This document shows, in pieces, positions 37,263 to 47,775 of a stretch of DNA of 64,000 bases (position 1 is its first letter; every line of letters begins with the position of its first letter). This DNA is from Mycoplasmatales bacterium (GTDB lineage Bacteria > Bacillota_I > Bacilli_A > CBDATW01). Where the stretch lies: the NCBI GenBank assembly GCA_965226165.1, contig OZ245334.1, positions 629,947 to 693,946 on the forward strand, given 5' to 3'. The notes under the pieces are model-generated. The model was not told where the DNA came from and did not search any database. It saw only the letters and a list, made by a program, of their open reading frames with translations. A program made the translations under genes and the position numbers.

Positions 37263-39170
37263 TCATTCTTCTTCATTCTTGACTCTTTTACCTTCAAACA
37301 AAAGAACAATTATAAATGCAAGTACTGAGGCATTATAAAGTTTTTCTTTTCTATTTTCTGTTTGATCTTCATTGATTTCATCAAATGTAATATTTTTATG
37401 TGCATTAAATCTATATAATTTAACCTGTCTATCTCCAACTATATCTTTAAAATTTTTATTCAATTCATCTCTTTGTTCCTGACTAAAAGTTCCAGGGTTT
37501 TCTTCATAAAAAGTTTGTACAAACTTGTTTGGTTCATCAAAATTTTGTATTGTTAGGGTAGGCAAGGTTTCATCAATAAATTTTACACTTAATAAAATTG
37601 ACTTTTCTTCATCTTCATCAGCCATAGAAAAAAGTCATTCCTTAGGGGTTATATTAATTCTTGGAACCTCATTCATTTCACTTAAAGATCATTTTATTTT
37701 GCTATCATTAAAAAAAACTTTTGACCCATCATCATTTGAAAAATTGTCATTTCATTTTGTTAAATAAGCATTTGCAAAAAGAACAACATAATAAAGTTTC
37801 ATTTTTTTAAAAACTTCTTTATAAAAACAATCTTTTATTCTTTTAATTAATTCTTTGTCAAAATTTATTTTATTTTTTTCTGTCCTTATTTTATCATTTA
37901 TTGGTAAAATAATTTCTAAATCAAAATGTTCTAATTTTACTACCCCAGAACCACCCCTTTTTCCAACAAGGTTTTTAATTCACGATTTTTGAGGTATAGA
38001 TTTCTCCATAACATGAGGGCCCCTGTCATGTTGATATAATCTTATTCCTAAATTTTTCTTTCCCAAACTATTACTATTTTTTATTTCAATAGTTTTTCTT
38101 TTTGATGAAGAGTGTGGTATTCCAAATATTATTTTGAATGAATCTTCTTCATTCAAAAAACCATCTAAATCTGATATTCAATTAAAAGCTCATTTTAATT
38201 CTTCTCCTTTTTCAGAAGGAAGACTTAATAATTTTTTTCACATTAAGTTTAAATCATATTTTCTTCCATCAATTTGCCTTATATTATTGAATGTTGTATT
38301 ATCTTTTCACTCCAAAAATGATTCAAAAGTTTCAACAAATGATGTTTTTATCCAACCCACATTGTTCAAATATTCAAATTTTCTTTTAAGAATAGTTTCT
38401 CAATCTTCTTCATCACCAATTTTACAAAAAATATCAAGATTTTGTATAACAAAAAAATCTCTAGGAATCTTTTTTTCAATTATTCATTCATAATCAATAG
38501 TTTCAGTATTTTCAAATATATTTATTTTTATTTTTATTGCTTTGTTTGTTAAAAAATTTTTATAATACCTAATAGCCACAAAGTAACAAAATAATTGAAA
38601 ATTATCAATTTTAAAAATTTTATCTTTATCTTTTCTTTCATCATAAAAATCAAAAATTCTAATAAGCGTGCCTGTTGTTTCAAAATCACTTGTTATTCCT
38701 TTTATTTTTGAATGTTCAATTTCTCTAAACTTAATAATTCCTGAATAATCTTTCCATGTAGTGTCTGAATCATCTTTTGAATAATGAGCATTAACACACA
38801 ATGCCTTTTTAAAAATTTTGTTATTTTTATTAAAAGAAGAACTAAAAATTTGGCCTTGATATCCAAAAAATTGAATAGCATCTTTCATCCCCACATTATA
38901 TTCAGATTTAGTGTCTTTTAAGTTTTCTGAATATCTTGTTATTGCGGAATCTCATATTTCTTCCTTAATTCCTTCACCATTATCTTTTACTCATAAATGA
39001 TCTTCGTTTCAAAAAATTTCAATAATTAAATCTTTATTTTGTTGTTGATATTCTAAAGAATTGTCAATTAATTCACAAATAAAATATTTTCAAGGAATTT
39101 TACTTTTTTCTCCCTCGCTTCTCCATCTTGCTTTTTGATCAATTATAGCTTTATGCAGATCTCCTATCAT
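37263..39170 (-). CDS. GHKL-family (HATPase_c_3-like) ATPase (635 aa)
   Basis: The N-terminus MIGDLHKAIIDQKARW...FICELIDNSLEY...LWVKDNGEGI carries the Bergerat N and G1 boxes. I translated 37626..38483 codon by codon and found no TAA or TAG. Confidence 0.8.
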
Positions 39171-39491
39171 ACAAACCCCTTAAATATATTAATTATATCA
39201 ATACTATCACACCAGAATCTCCAACACAATATTTTTGAAAACATTTTCAATAATTTAAATAAAGTGTTAAAATAAAAATGTAGTTATGAGATAGAATTTA
39301 GTTATTAAATGTATATTAATAGTCATAGACTACATCAATTTAAAGTTTTAAATCTTTTTTTCAAATATTTTTTGTTATTAAGTTTTTATTTTTGTTTTTT
39401 CTTTTGAGAAGCTTTGAAGTTTTCATTTTTAGACTCCTTTTTTAAAAGTAAATGTTTTTGTTAATTTTAAATTAAAACTTAAATTGAACTC

Positions 39492-39525
39492 AAAAATAAC
39501 TTATTTTAATTAATAAGTTATTTTT
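39492..39525. repeat. perfect 14-bp-stem inverted repeat
   Basis: aaaaataacttatt / ttaatt / aataagttattttt, in the divergent spacer upstream of the GHKL operon. Confidence 0.6.
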
Positions 39526-39579
39526 TAATATATATAACTAAATTAAAGGGATTTTATATTAATGTATAATTAAGTTATT

Positions 39580-39795
39580 ATGAAGCGTCGACCTAGCGAT
39601 TATATTATTATTATATTTGTCATCATGTTTTTTGCAGTTGCTGCTTTTTACATCTTAGTTCCTTCTGGCCAAGATGGCATTTCTTTAATTGTGCAAAATA
39701 CAGTTAGAAGATATTTTTTTAATAATTTATGAGCTTGAATATTTGCTTTCTTTATTCTAGGAGGAATTATTTTAGTATCAATTCTTTTTTATTAA
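39580..39795 (+). CDS. hypothetical small membrane protein (71 aa)
   Basis: Translation: MKRRPSDYIIIIFVIMFFAVAAFYILVP...LWAWIFAFFILGGIILVSILFY. A TATAAT lies upstream. Confidence 0.3.
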
Positions 39796-39825
39796 AAAAG
39801 AAAAAGATAATGTTATAATTGCTTT

Positions 39826-39972
39826 ATGATTGGTCTTGGTGAAGTTTGAATTAGCTTTCTTGTATTTTGTTTTTTGGCCATTGTTTCCTGACCCTTTACT
39901 GAAAATACAATCATTACTATTTTAATTTCTTTTTTGTTAGCATCTTGATTCTTATTTTCTTCTGGAAAATAA
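39826..39972 (+). CDS. hypothetical small membrane protein (48 aa)
   Basis: Translation: MIGLGEVWISFLVFCFLAIVSWPFTENTIITILISFLLASWFLFSSGK. Weak call. Confidence 0.2.
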
Positions 39973-39979
39973 AAACAAT

Positions 39980-42138
39980 TTATTTTAAACCAACAATTTT
40001 TCTATATTGCATAATCTTGTGAAGAGGCATTTCTATCATAGGTGCTCATCTTAGATTGTTTATATGATTTACAAAATTAAGCCTATTATAAATATTTTTT
40101 CACTCTTCCTCTATTTCCAATTTTTCTTTTTCTATAATATTCATTAAGCCTTTAAATTTACCATTATTTCATTCATTTATTTTGTTTTCACTTAAACTCA
40201 ATATTACTTTTTTTTCAATTTGAAATCGTATTTGCATTGTCAACATATATTTATTTAAAACATAGTCAAAAAAACTTTCAATTTCATTTTTTGATTTATG
40301 TTTATAATTCAGAATGAAATCACTCACCGTTTTTTCCTTAATTGATTTATTTTTAAATAAAAAGTTCAAAGGACTATTGTTTTCTTGGAGCAAGTTAATT
40401 AGTTGCATAGGAGCGATTTCTTTAATTTCTTTTACAAGAACAAAGAACGACTTACTATTCGACCTTCAATGTCTATAGTTTTGGTCAATAAAATCTTTTA
40501 ATTTTTCTAAATCTTTTTTTTCTTCTTTGCTTTTTGCATTTAAAAAATAATTACTTGTAATTTCCCTCAATATTGTTGCAAACATCAATACAGTTTCTTT
40601 ACTACATTTGTCAAGGTTTTTGTCTTTCTTAAAATTAGTTGTCAACCATTTAGACATTTTTTTTAAAACATTAATATTAATTTCTTTTACAATAATGTCT
40701 GCTTGACTATATGAGTCCATAAAAAAGAATTTAGTATTATCATTATTTTTTGCAATTGCAAAATTACTTAACAAGTGATAATTATGAGTTAGTATTAAAA
40801 TGTTTTTGTTTTTATCAAAATTATTTATTATTTCAATAAAGATATTAATATTATCCAAATCCAAAGAGGAAACAGGATCATCAATTACTATGAAATCTTT
40901 TTCTTTTGCTTCAATTAAAGCAATTATTAAATACAAAATTTTTCTTTGCCCATTTGACCCGTACTCATTAAGTTCATCTTTTGAAATTGTTTTTGAATTA
41001 TTCTTATTTTCAAAAACAATATTAGTCTCTTCATAATAATTTTTAATTTCTTTAATCTTAATTGTTCACATTAAAGCATTTATTTTTAAACTTTCCTCAT
41101 TAATTTCTTTAGCAATTTCATTATAATTTTTAACAAAATTTTTATTTTCATTTATAATTTTTTTATGTTCAATTTGAAGCTGATCTTGATATTTTTTAAA
41201 TTCTCCTATTATAAGGCTATCCCACATTTCAATTAAAAAATTTTCTGCAATCTTTAATTCTGCTATTCCCCTCGTGGATAACTTTTCTATTTCCTTGTGA
41301 TTGCCTTTTAAATATCGCAACGCTAAATAAGCATCCCTATTAAGTTTACTAATTCCGTTTTCATTAAATTTTTCTTTAAGGTTCTCTTCAGCATTCTTTA
41401 TGTCGATTCAATGATTTTCATATTTATATTGAAAGTTTAGAGAACCAGACTCATTTATGTTTTTGATTAGTGGAAAATCTCTGTCAAGATTTTTGTTAAA
41501 ATATTTTCCAACCTTATCATCTAACTTGTTAAATTTTATCCTTTTATCAACCTTAGTAGCTTTTTTAATTGCATCTATTTTGTTTTTATATAATTTAATC
41601 TTATCAAAAAGATCTTTATCAATGTGCTTGGGGCTTTTTAGTAAAATTTTATTTTCAATATCCTTTATTTCCTCTATGTTTTTATTAGGATTATTAACTA
41701 TTTTTTTAATTATCTTAGATATTTCGCTTTGATTGTCAATTTCTTTATTATCAAAAAAAATTGAATACTTAATTTTTAACTCTTTAAAAACTTTTTCAAT
41801 AATTTTAAAATATCCTACATGTAAATCACTATTTATAGAAAATATTATTTTTTTGTTAACTTGATTTTTGATTAAATCACTATTTTCGCTATTTTTAATT
41901 TCATCAAGAAAATTTTCATCTATTATAAATATTTGATTACTTTTTATATCAATTTGAATAAAATCTTTATTAACCGTTCCTTCTAATGAAGTTTTAAAAA
42001 TTTTTTCTTTCAAACCTTTGAAACCTTTTGTTATGCTTGTTTTTCCAACCCCATTTGGTGCAAATATTATATTTTTTCACTTAAGTCAAAATTTATTTCA
42101 TCTTTTAGACCATAAAGATTTTTTATTTTCAATTTCAT
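39980..42138 (-). pseudogene. AAA_13/ABC-type (PrrC/RloC-like architecture) ATPase, N-terminal 23 codons out of frame at an A6 tract
   Basis: MKLKIKNLYGLKDEINFDLSEKI-stop is in one frame. NIIFAPNGVGKTS (Walker A) is in the next. Track ORFs 41408, 41066, 40466 and 40169 share that second frame through TGA. Signature and Walker B read GSNGQRKILYLIIAL...FIVIDDPVSSLD. The 3' end near 39980 was derived by hand. Confidence 0.6.
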
Positions 42139-42270
42139 TATAACTTCTTTTTTTTATTTCCAATCTTATGAATGCCCTTCTTAAATTATAAAAAAAATGT
42201 TTAAAAACTTCATTTAAAAATTGAAAATTTCTTAAAAATTTGTTTTAATTAATTAAGGAACGCTAGACTC

Positions 42271-42849
42271 ATGGAACGAAAATTAAAAGATATGATTTCT
42301 CAAGAAATGGTTTTATGAAGAGATCAATCAAGGAGACACAACTTTTCACCAAAAGGGTGAATAATATCAGAAATAGTAAAAAATTATTATAAAGATTTTT
42401 TCAAAAATAAAGAAGAGTTTAATATTAAAGAATTTTGTAAAAAGTTAGAATTAGAAGTAGAAAAAATAGATTTAAATTTTAACAGTCTAGACAAAAATAT
42501 TTGAGGAATGCTGGATCGAAAAAACAAAAAAATTTATATTTCTGAACATTTGAAAAATGAACAAACCATAAGATTTACAATAGCACATGAATTAGCTCAT
42601 TTTTTAATAGACCAAAATGAAACCAATGATATATATTATAGAGATAGAATTAATATTGGTAAAGAAGTAATATATAATGATTTTGCTGCAAGTTTTTTAG
42701 TTGATATCAAACAAATTCAAGATTATATAGACAATAAAAAATTAACTTTTCGAGAATTATCAAAAAATTATAAAGTTCATTATGAAACAATCGGCATTTT
42801 AATTGACCAAGAGTTAAGAAAAAGAAAAAAAATAAATCAAATTAAGTAA
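42271..42849 (+). CDS. ImmA/IrrE-family (COG2856-like) zinc metallopeptidase, no HTH domain (192 aa)
   Basis: Contains ..KKIYISEHLKNEQTIRFTIAHELAHFLIDQ (HEXXH). The ATG at 42271 is in frame with track ORF 42508 through three TGA codons. Confidence 0.75.
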
Positions 42850-42851
42850 TT

Positions 42852-43421
42852 ATGGCATTATCTAAGAAAGAATTAAACAAAATTAAAGAATTAGAAGATG
42901 AAATAAAAAGACTTGATTGAAGATTAAGAAGACAAGAGAAAATTTTATATGATAAAAATACTGAAATTAATGAATATCTTTCTAAATATAACTCATTTCA
43001 ACAAAAAATTGAATCAGAATTTACTATTCTTAAAAACTCTAAAGAAATTGAATCGAAATTTCTATATGAAAACTCAAGATCAAATTTGCACACAATTACT
43101 ATTTTTTCATTTATTTTAATTCTGTCATTAACTATTTTGAATTCTATAATAATAAACAGGCTTGATAAATTTCAAATTAAAATTAAAGATGGAAAAGAAA
43201 TTATTGAAAAAACATATGATGGAAATGCAATAAATACAATAATTTCATTTTCATATGCATATGCTCTTCTTGGTTTTTTCACAATCTTCATTGTTTCAAA
43301 GCTATTTGATAGCTTGTGAAAATTTAAAGACAAAAAAATTTTAACAACAATAACCATAATATTTGTGAATTTATCAATAATTTGAATAGCAATTTTGTTA
43401 TATTTACTTTTTATTAAATAA
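42852..43421 (+). CDS. coiled-coil plus three-TM membrane protein (189 aa)
   Basis: It starts 3 nt after the peptidase stop. MALSKKELNKIKELEDEIKRLDWRLRRQEKILYD... is followed by three hydrophobic helices (ITIFSFILILSLTILNSIII, ISFSYAYALLGFFTIFIV, IIFVNLSIIWIAILLYLLFI). Confidence 0.55.
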
Positions 43422-43523
43422 AAATTAAATTTCTATAATAAATAATACAAAAAACATAATATAATAAAAAATATTTATATTTAATATATATTTTTAGTAT
43501 AATATTTACAAATGAGGTGTAAA

Positions 43524-44819
43524 ATGAATAAAAATAACAAAGCAAACAAAATAATTTCTTTGAAAGCAAAAAATGTTTTTTCGTTTTATGATGAAACGAA
43601 AATATCTTTTTTGGGAAAGACAAGAAAAAAAGATAAAAAAAGTTTTTATCAATTTTTAAACAAAAAAAATCAAGTGAACATTTCTAACATAAATGGTATT
43701 TTTGGAATTAATTCATCAGGTAAAACAAACCTAATAGTTAAAACAATTCAAAAACTTAAAAACATAATAAAATCAAAAAGTGTTGAAAAAGAGTTGTTAG
43801 ATGTACCCTTTTTTAATTCGAGTAATAAAGAATCAACCATAGCTTTAGAATTTCTAACATCAGCAAAATTTTATTATTTTGAAATCAAATTTAAAAATAA
43901 CAAAATCACACATGAAAAACTTTCTTTTAAAGAAAAAAAAGTTAATAAATACCAAAATATTTACAAAGTAGAAAATAATAAGTTTTATTTAAAAAACAAA
44001 TTTATTAACAAAATAGAATTAAAAGATGAAACAATAATTGGCAATACAAGTTTATTTAATATGTTTTTGTATAAAGAAAAGATTGAAGCATCAACAAAAA
44101 GAAAACATATTGAATTAGTAAAAGACTTTGTTATAAATAAAATTCATTTATTAACGCCAGAAACAATTAGTTTTGAAGAAACATTATCAAAACTAGCAAA
44201 TAAATCTTATGTATTTCAAAAATTTAATAACATCGCTAAAGAAATAAATTTAGGTTTTGAAAAAATTGAATGCGAATTAAATGAGGTTATAACTAAGGAT
44301 TTTAAAATGGAGCAAAAAGAAAATGGTTTTTCTTTCTTTTCTGCAAAAGACAAAGTCGTTAAAAAAATTTCTCCTAAATTTTATAGATCAATAGATACTG
44401 ATAAATACGAATTAATTCCTAAACTTGCAAACACCTTATCTAGTGGAACTATTCAATTTATTGAAACTATAGTATTTTTACTAGATGCTGTTGAAAGCAA
44501 TCATATTTTAATTTGAGATGAATTTGGCAGTTTTCTTGATGATGAATTAATAGAAGCTATATTTGAAATCATTGCTAATAATGACTCAGTACAATTAATT
44601 TTTAATTCTAATAAAAAATCAATTATTTCAAAGCTAGATTGAAACCAAATTTTTATTGTTAAGTTAAATAGGCATTGAGAATCTAGTTTAATAGAAAGAA
44701 ACTATTCAAGAATTCAACAAGTGGAAATAGAAAAGAAATATCGAAACAATTACTTTGGCAATCTTAATAATTTTAATGTGATAAGTATTCTCAAACATTT
44801 TGATAAAGCATTTGGTTAG
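43524..44819 (+). CDS. soluble ABC-type ATPase (AAA_15/AAA_21-like, 431 aa)
   Basis: GAGGTG RBS and an upstream TATAAT. Motifs: GINSSGKTN (Walker A), LSSGTIQF (signature) and HILIWDEFGSFLD (Walker B, after a TGA). Confidence 0.8.
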
Positions 44820-44824
44820 CTTTT

Positions 44825-45406
44825 ATGAAAAAAGTAAAAAGTAAAATTGATATTTCATTTTATGTTGAGGGACAAGTTGAACAATGATTAATAAATTTTA
44901 TTAATGAAGAGTTTTCATTCCATAAAATTTGCAATATAAAAAATCCTGAAGTTACTAAATATAAAAAAAATATTGAATATATAATTCAAAAAGTTTATAA
45001 ATTAGAAAAATTTAATGAAAACAAACACTTAAAACCAATAGTTATTTTAATTTATGATAACGAAGTAAAGGTTTCAAAAATATACAAAAATATACACCAC
45101 ATTCATATTAACAAACCATCAATTGATTATCCAATTGCATTATCATTAGGAATAAAAGCTAACAAAAATGATCAAGTTAGAAAAATAAAATCAAAAATAA
45201 AGATAAAATATAAAACTACAAAACAAAACTATTTAAGAGAAAAAAGATTAAAAGATGATATTAACTATAATATTTTGTTTAATCATTTAGGAAAATTAGG
45301 TTTGTTTTTCAAACATTTAATTAATATTTTAAATAAAAATAAAAATGCTAACCAAAGCAAAGTGAATGAAACAATAAAAAAAATAGCACTTAAAGTGTTT
45401 AAATAA
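44825..45406 (+). CDS. small DUF4276/RloB/Toprim-like partner protein (193 aa)
   Basis: It starts 5 nt after the ATPase stop and is absent from the track (TGA at codon 21, no later ATG). MKKVKSKIDISFYVEGQVEQWLINFI resembles the DUF4276 N-terminal VEGxTE motif. A later IVILIYDNE acidic patch is present. Confidence 0.5.
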
Positions 45407-45464
45407 ATCTATTATTTTTTATTTAAAAATGAAATAATATTTATAGGTGATAAAGGAGATATAT

Positions 45465-46472
45465 ATGAGTGTAAAAATTAATATATATGATAGCAAAAAA
45501 CATGATGTAAAATTTTTTACTAAATATAATAAAGATAATTATCAATTAAATTTTTTAGAATATAAAATATCTAAAAATATGAACCTAAATCAATTCAAAA
45601 AAGATTTAAAAGATGTAGACATTATTGTTGTTTTTGTTAATGATGATGTTTCTAAAGAAACAATTCAAGTTTTAAAAGAAACAAATGTTAAATTGATTGC
45701 TACAAGATCAGCTGGATTTAATCATATTGATTTAGATGCAGCAAAAGCAAATGATATTAAAGTGGTAAGAGTGCCAGAATATTCACCCCACTCAATTGCA
45801 GAACATGCTATTGCCTTGCTTTTAACAATTAATCGTAAAACCCATCGGGCTTATTTAAAATCAAAAATGAATGATTTTACTTTAGATGGTTTAATTGGTT
45901 GGGATTTATATGGCCAAACTATTGGAGTATTTGGCTATGGGAAAATTGGTAAAATTTTTGCTAACATTATGAAAAGCTTTGGTTGTAAAGTCATAGTTAA
46001 CTCTTTACCAAGTGATAAGGAGGCAATTATTAAAGACGGGCATCAATTTGTTGATTTAAAAACCTTGTTTGCAAAATCAGACATCTTATCTCTTCATTCA
46101 CCATTAACTCCTGACACTAAGGAAATTATTAATAAAAAAACCATATCCTATATGAAAAAAGGCATAGTTTTAATTAATACTAGTCGAGGAGGTTTAATTA
46201 ATTCTAATGATTTAATTGATGGTTTAAGAAAAAACATTATTTCTTTTGTTGGTCTTGATGTTTATAGTAATGAAGCCAATTATTTTTTTGAAGATAAATC
46301 AAAAGATAATATTAATGATCCAATTTTAATGCAATTATTACAATCTAATAAAGTTTTAATTACACCTCATTCAGCCTTTTTTACTAATAATGCATTAACC
46401 CAAATTGCCAAAGTTACGCTTTTTAATATCAAGCAGTTTTTAAACAAACAAAAATTAGATAATCAACTATAA
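45465..46472 (+). CDS. D-isomer-specific 2-hydroxyacid (D-lactate) dehydrogenase
   Basis: AAGGAG RBS. Contains GVFGYGKIGKIF (NAD fold) and NTSRGGLI motifs. Confidence 0.85.
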   Translation: MSVKINIYDSKKHDVKFFTKYNKDNYQLNFLEYKISKNMNLNQFKKDLKDVDIIVVFVNDDVSKETIQVLKETNVKLIATRSAGFNHIDLDAAKANDIKVVRVPEYSPHSIAEHAIALLLTINRKTHRAYLKSKMNDFTLDGLIGWDLYGQTIGVFGYGKIGKIFANIMKSFGCKVIVNSLPSDKEAIIKDGHQFVDLKTLFAKSDILSLHSPLTPDTKEIINKKTISYMKKGIVLINTSRGGLINSNDLIDGLRKNIISFVGLDVYSNEANYFFEDKSKDNINDPILMQLLQSNKVLITPHSAFFTNNALTQIAKVTLFNIKQFLNKQKLDNQL

Positions 46473-46530
46473 AACATTTCTTTTATTTTTAAAAAATGTA
46501 AAATAAATATCATATAAAGGTTATATATTT

Positions 46531-47088
46531 ATGAACAAAGATATAAAAATTGATAAAAGAATAAAAGAAGTTTTATTTTGAGAAGATGAAATCATCACTA
46601 AAATTAGAAGTTATGGAAAAGTAATTGATGATTATTATAAAGATAAAGAAGCACCAATATTTTTAGGAATTTTAAAAGGATGTGTCTTATTTTATACCCA
46701 CCTAATAACAGCAACAACTATTGAATCAGAAACAGAGTTTATTAAGGTTTCAAGTTATAAAAAAACTAAAATTAAAAGCAATATTAATATTCAATGAGAT
46801 TTATCAACTCCAATAATGGGAAGAAATATTTTAATTATTGAAGATGTTGTTGATAGTGGAAAAACCTTAATGAAACTATCTGCACTTTTAAAACTCCATG
46901 GGGCTAAGGATATTAAAATCATTACTCTTTTAGATAAACCTAAGGGTCGCAAAGTTGATTTAAAAGTTGATTGAGCACTTTTTACCTTAACTAATGTTGA
47001 TCAATTTGTTGTGGGATGAGGTTTTGACCTTGATGAAAAAATGCGCAATCTCCCTTATATTGGTCTTTTAAAAGAAGAATATGAGTAA
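46531..47088 (+). CDS. hpt: hypoxanthine phosphoribosyltransferase
   Basis: Hand translation through four TGA codons gives ILIIEDVVDSGKTL (PRPP motif) and ..VVGWGFDLDEKMRNLPYIG. Confidence 0.85.
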
Positions 47089-47719
47089 TCAAAAGTTATT
47101 AGAAAAATATTGTGATTTAATTTTAAAATATAACAAAATTCATATGTTGACAGGTTTTAAAAATAAAGAAAATGTTTTTAATTATTTATTTTTAGACTCA
47201 ATTAAAAGCTTTGAAAATATTGATTTAACAAATAAAAAACTTTTAGATGTAGGAACAGGGGCAGGAATTCCTGGAGTAGTTTTAAAAATAAATAATCCTG
47301 ATGTTGATTTGACTGTGATTGAAAGTTTAAATAAAAGGGTAAAATTTTTAGAATCATTAAATTTTGCTGATTTTAAAATTTATAATCAAAGAGCAGAAAT
47401 AGTTAAAGATAGTTTAATTGAGCAATTTGATATTGTTACCACAAGAGCTTTTTATAATTTAGCAATGAGTTTAGAAATTTTAGCAAAATATTGCAAGGTT
47501 AATGGTTTAATAGTTTTAATTAAAGGAAAATCAGTCGATTTAGAAATAAAGAAAAGTAGTGAAATAGTTAAAAAATTACACCTTAAATTAATTAAAACTA
47601 CTAGTCATAAAATTAATGATTTAACAACCAAGGTTTTAATTTATCAAAAATTAAAAGCAACGCCAACAATCTATCCAAGAAGTTTTGCTAAATTAAAAAG
47701 ATTAAGGAATAATCACTAA
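47081..47719 (+). CDS. rsmG: 16S rRNA m7G527 methyltransferase
   Basis: 212-aa ORF with LLDVGTGAGIPG. Confidence 0.85.
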   Translation: MSNQKLLEKYCDLILKYNKIHMLTGFKNKENVFNYLFLDSIKSFENIDLTNKKLLDVGTGAGIPGVVLKINNPDVDLTVIESLNKRVKFLESLNFADFKIYNQRAEIVKDSLIEQFDIVTTRAFYNLAMSLEILAKYCKVNGLIVLIKGKSVDLEIKKSSEIVKKLHLKLIKTTSHKINDLTTKVLIYQKLKATPTIYPRSFAKLKRLRNNH

Positions 47720-47775
47720 TTTATAGTTTTAATGATAAAATAATAAGGAAATTTAATATTAAGTAGGAATAATAG

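Noticed and set aside
34875-45464. Prophage, ICE or transposon origin of the defence island.
   Set aside because: I recognised no integrase, recombinase, transposase, terminal inverted repeats, att-like direct repeats or tRNA at either border.
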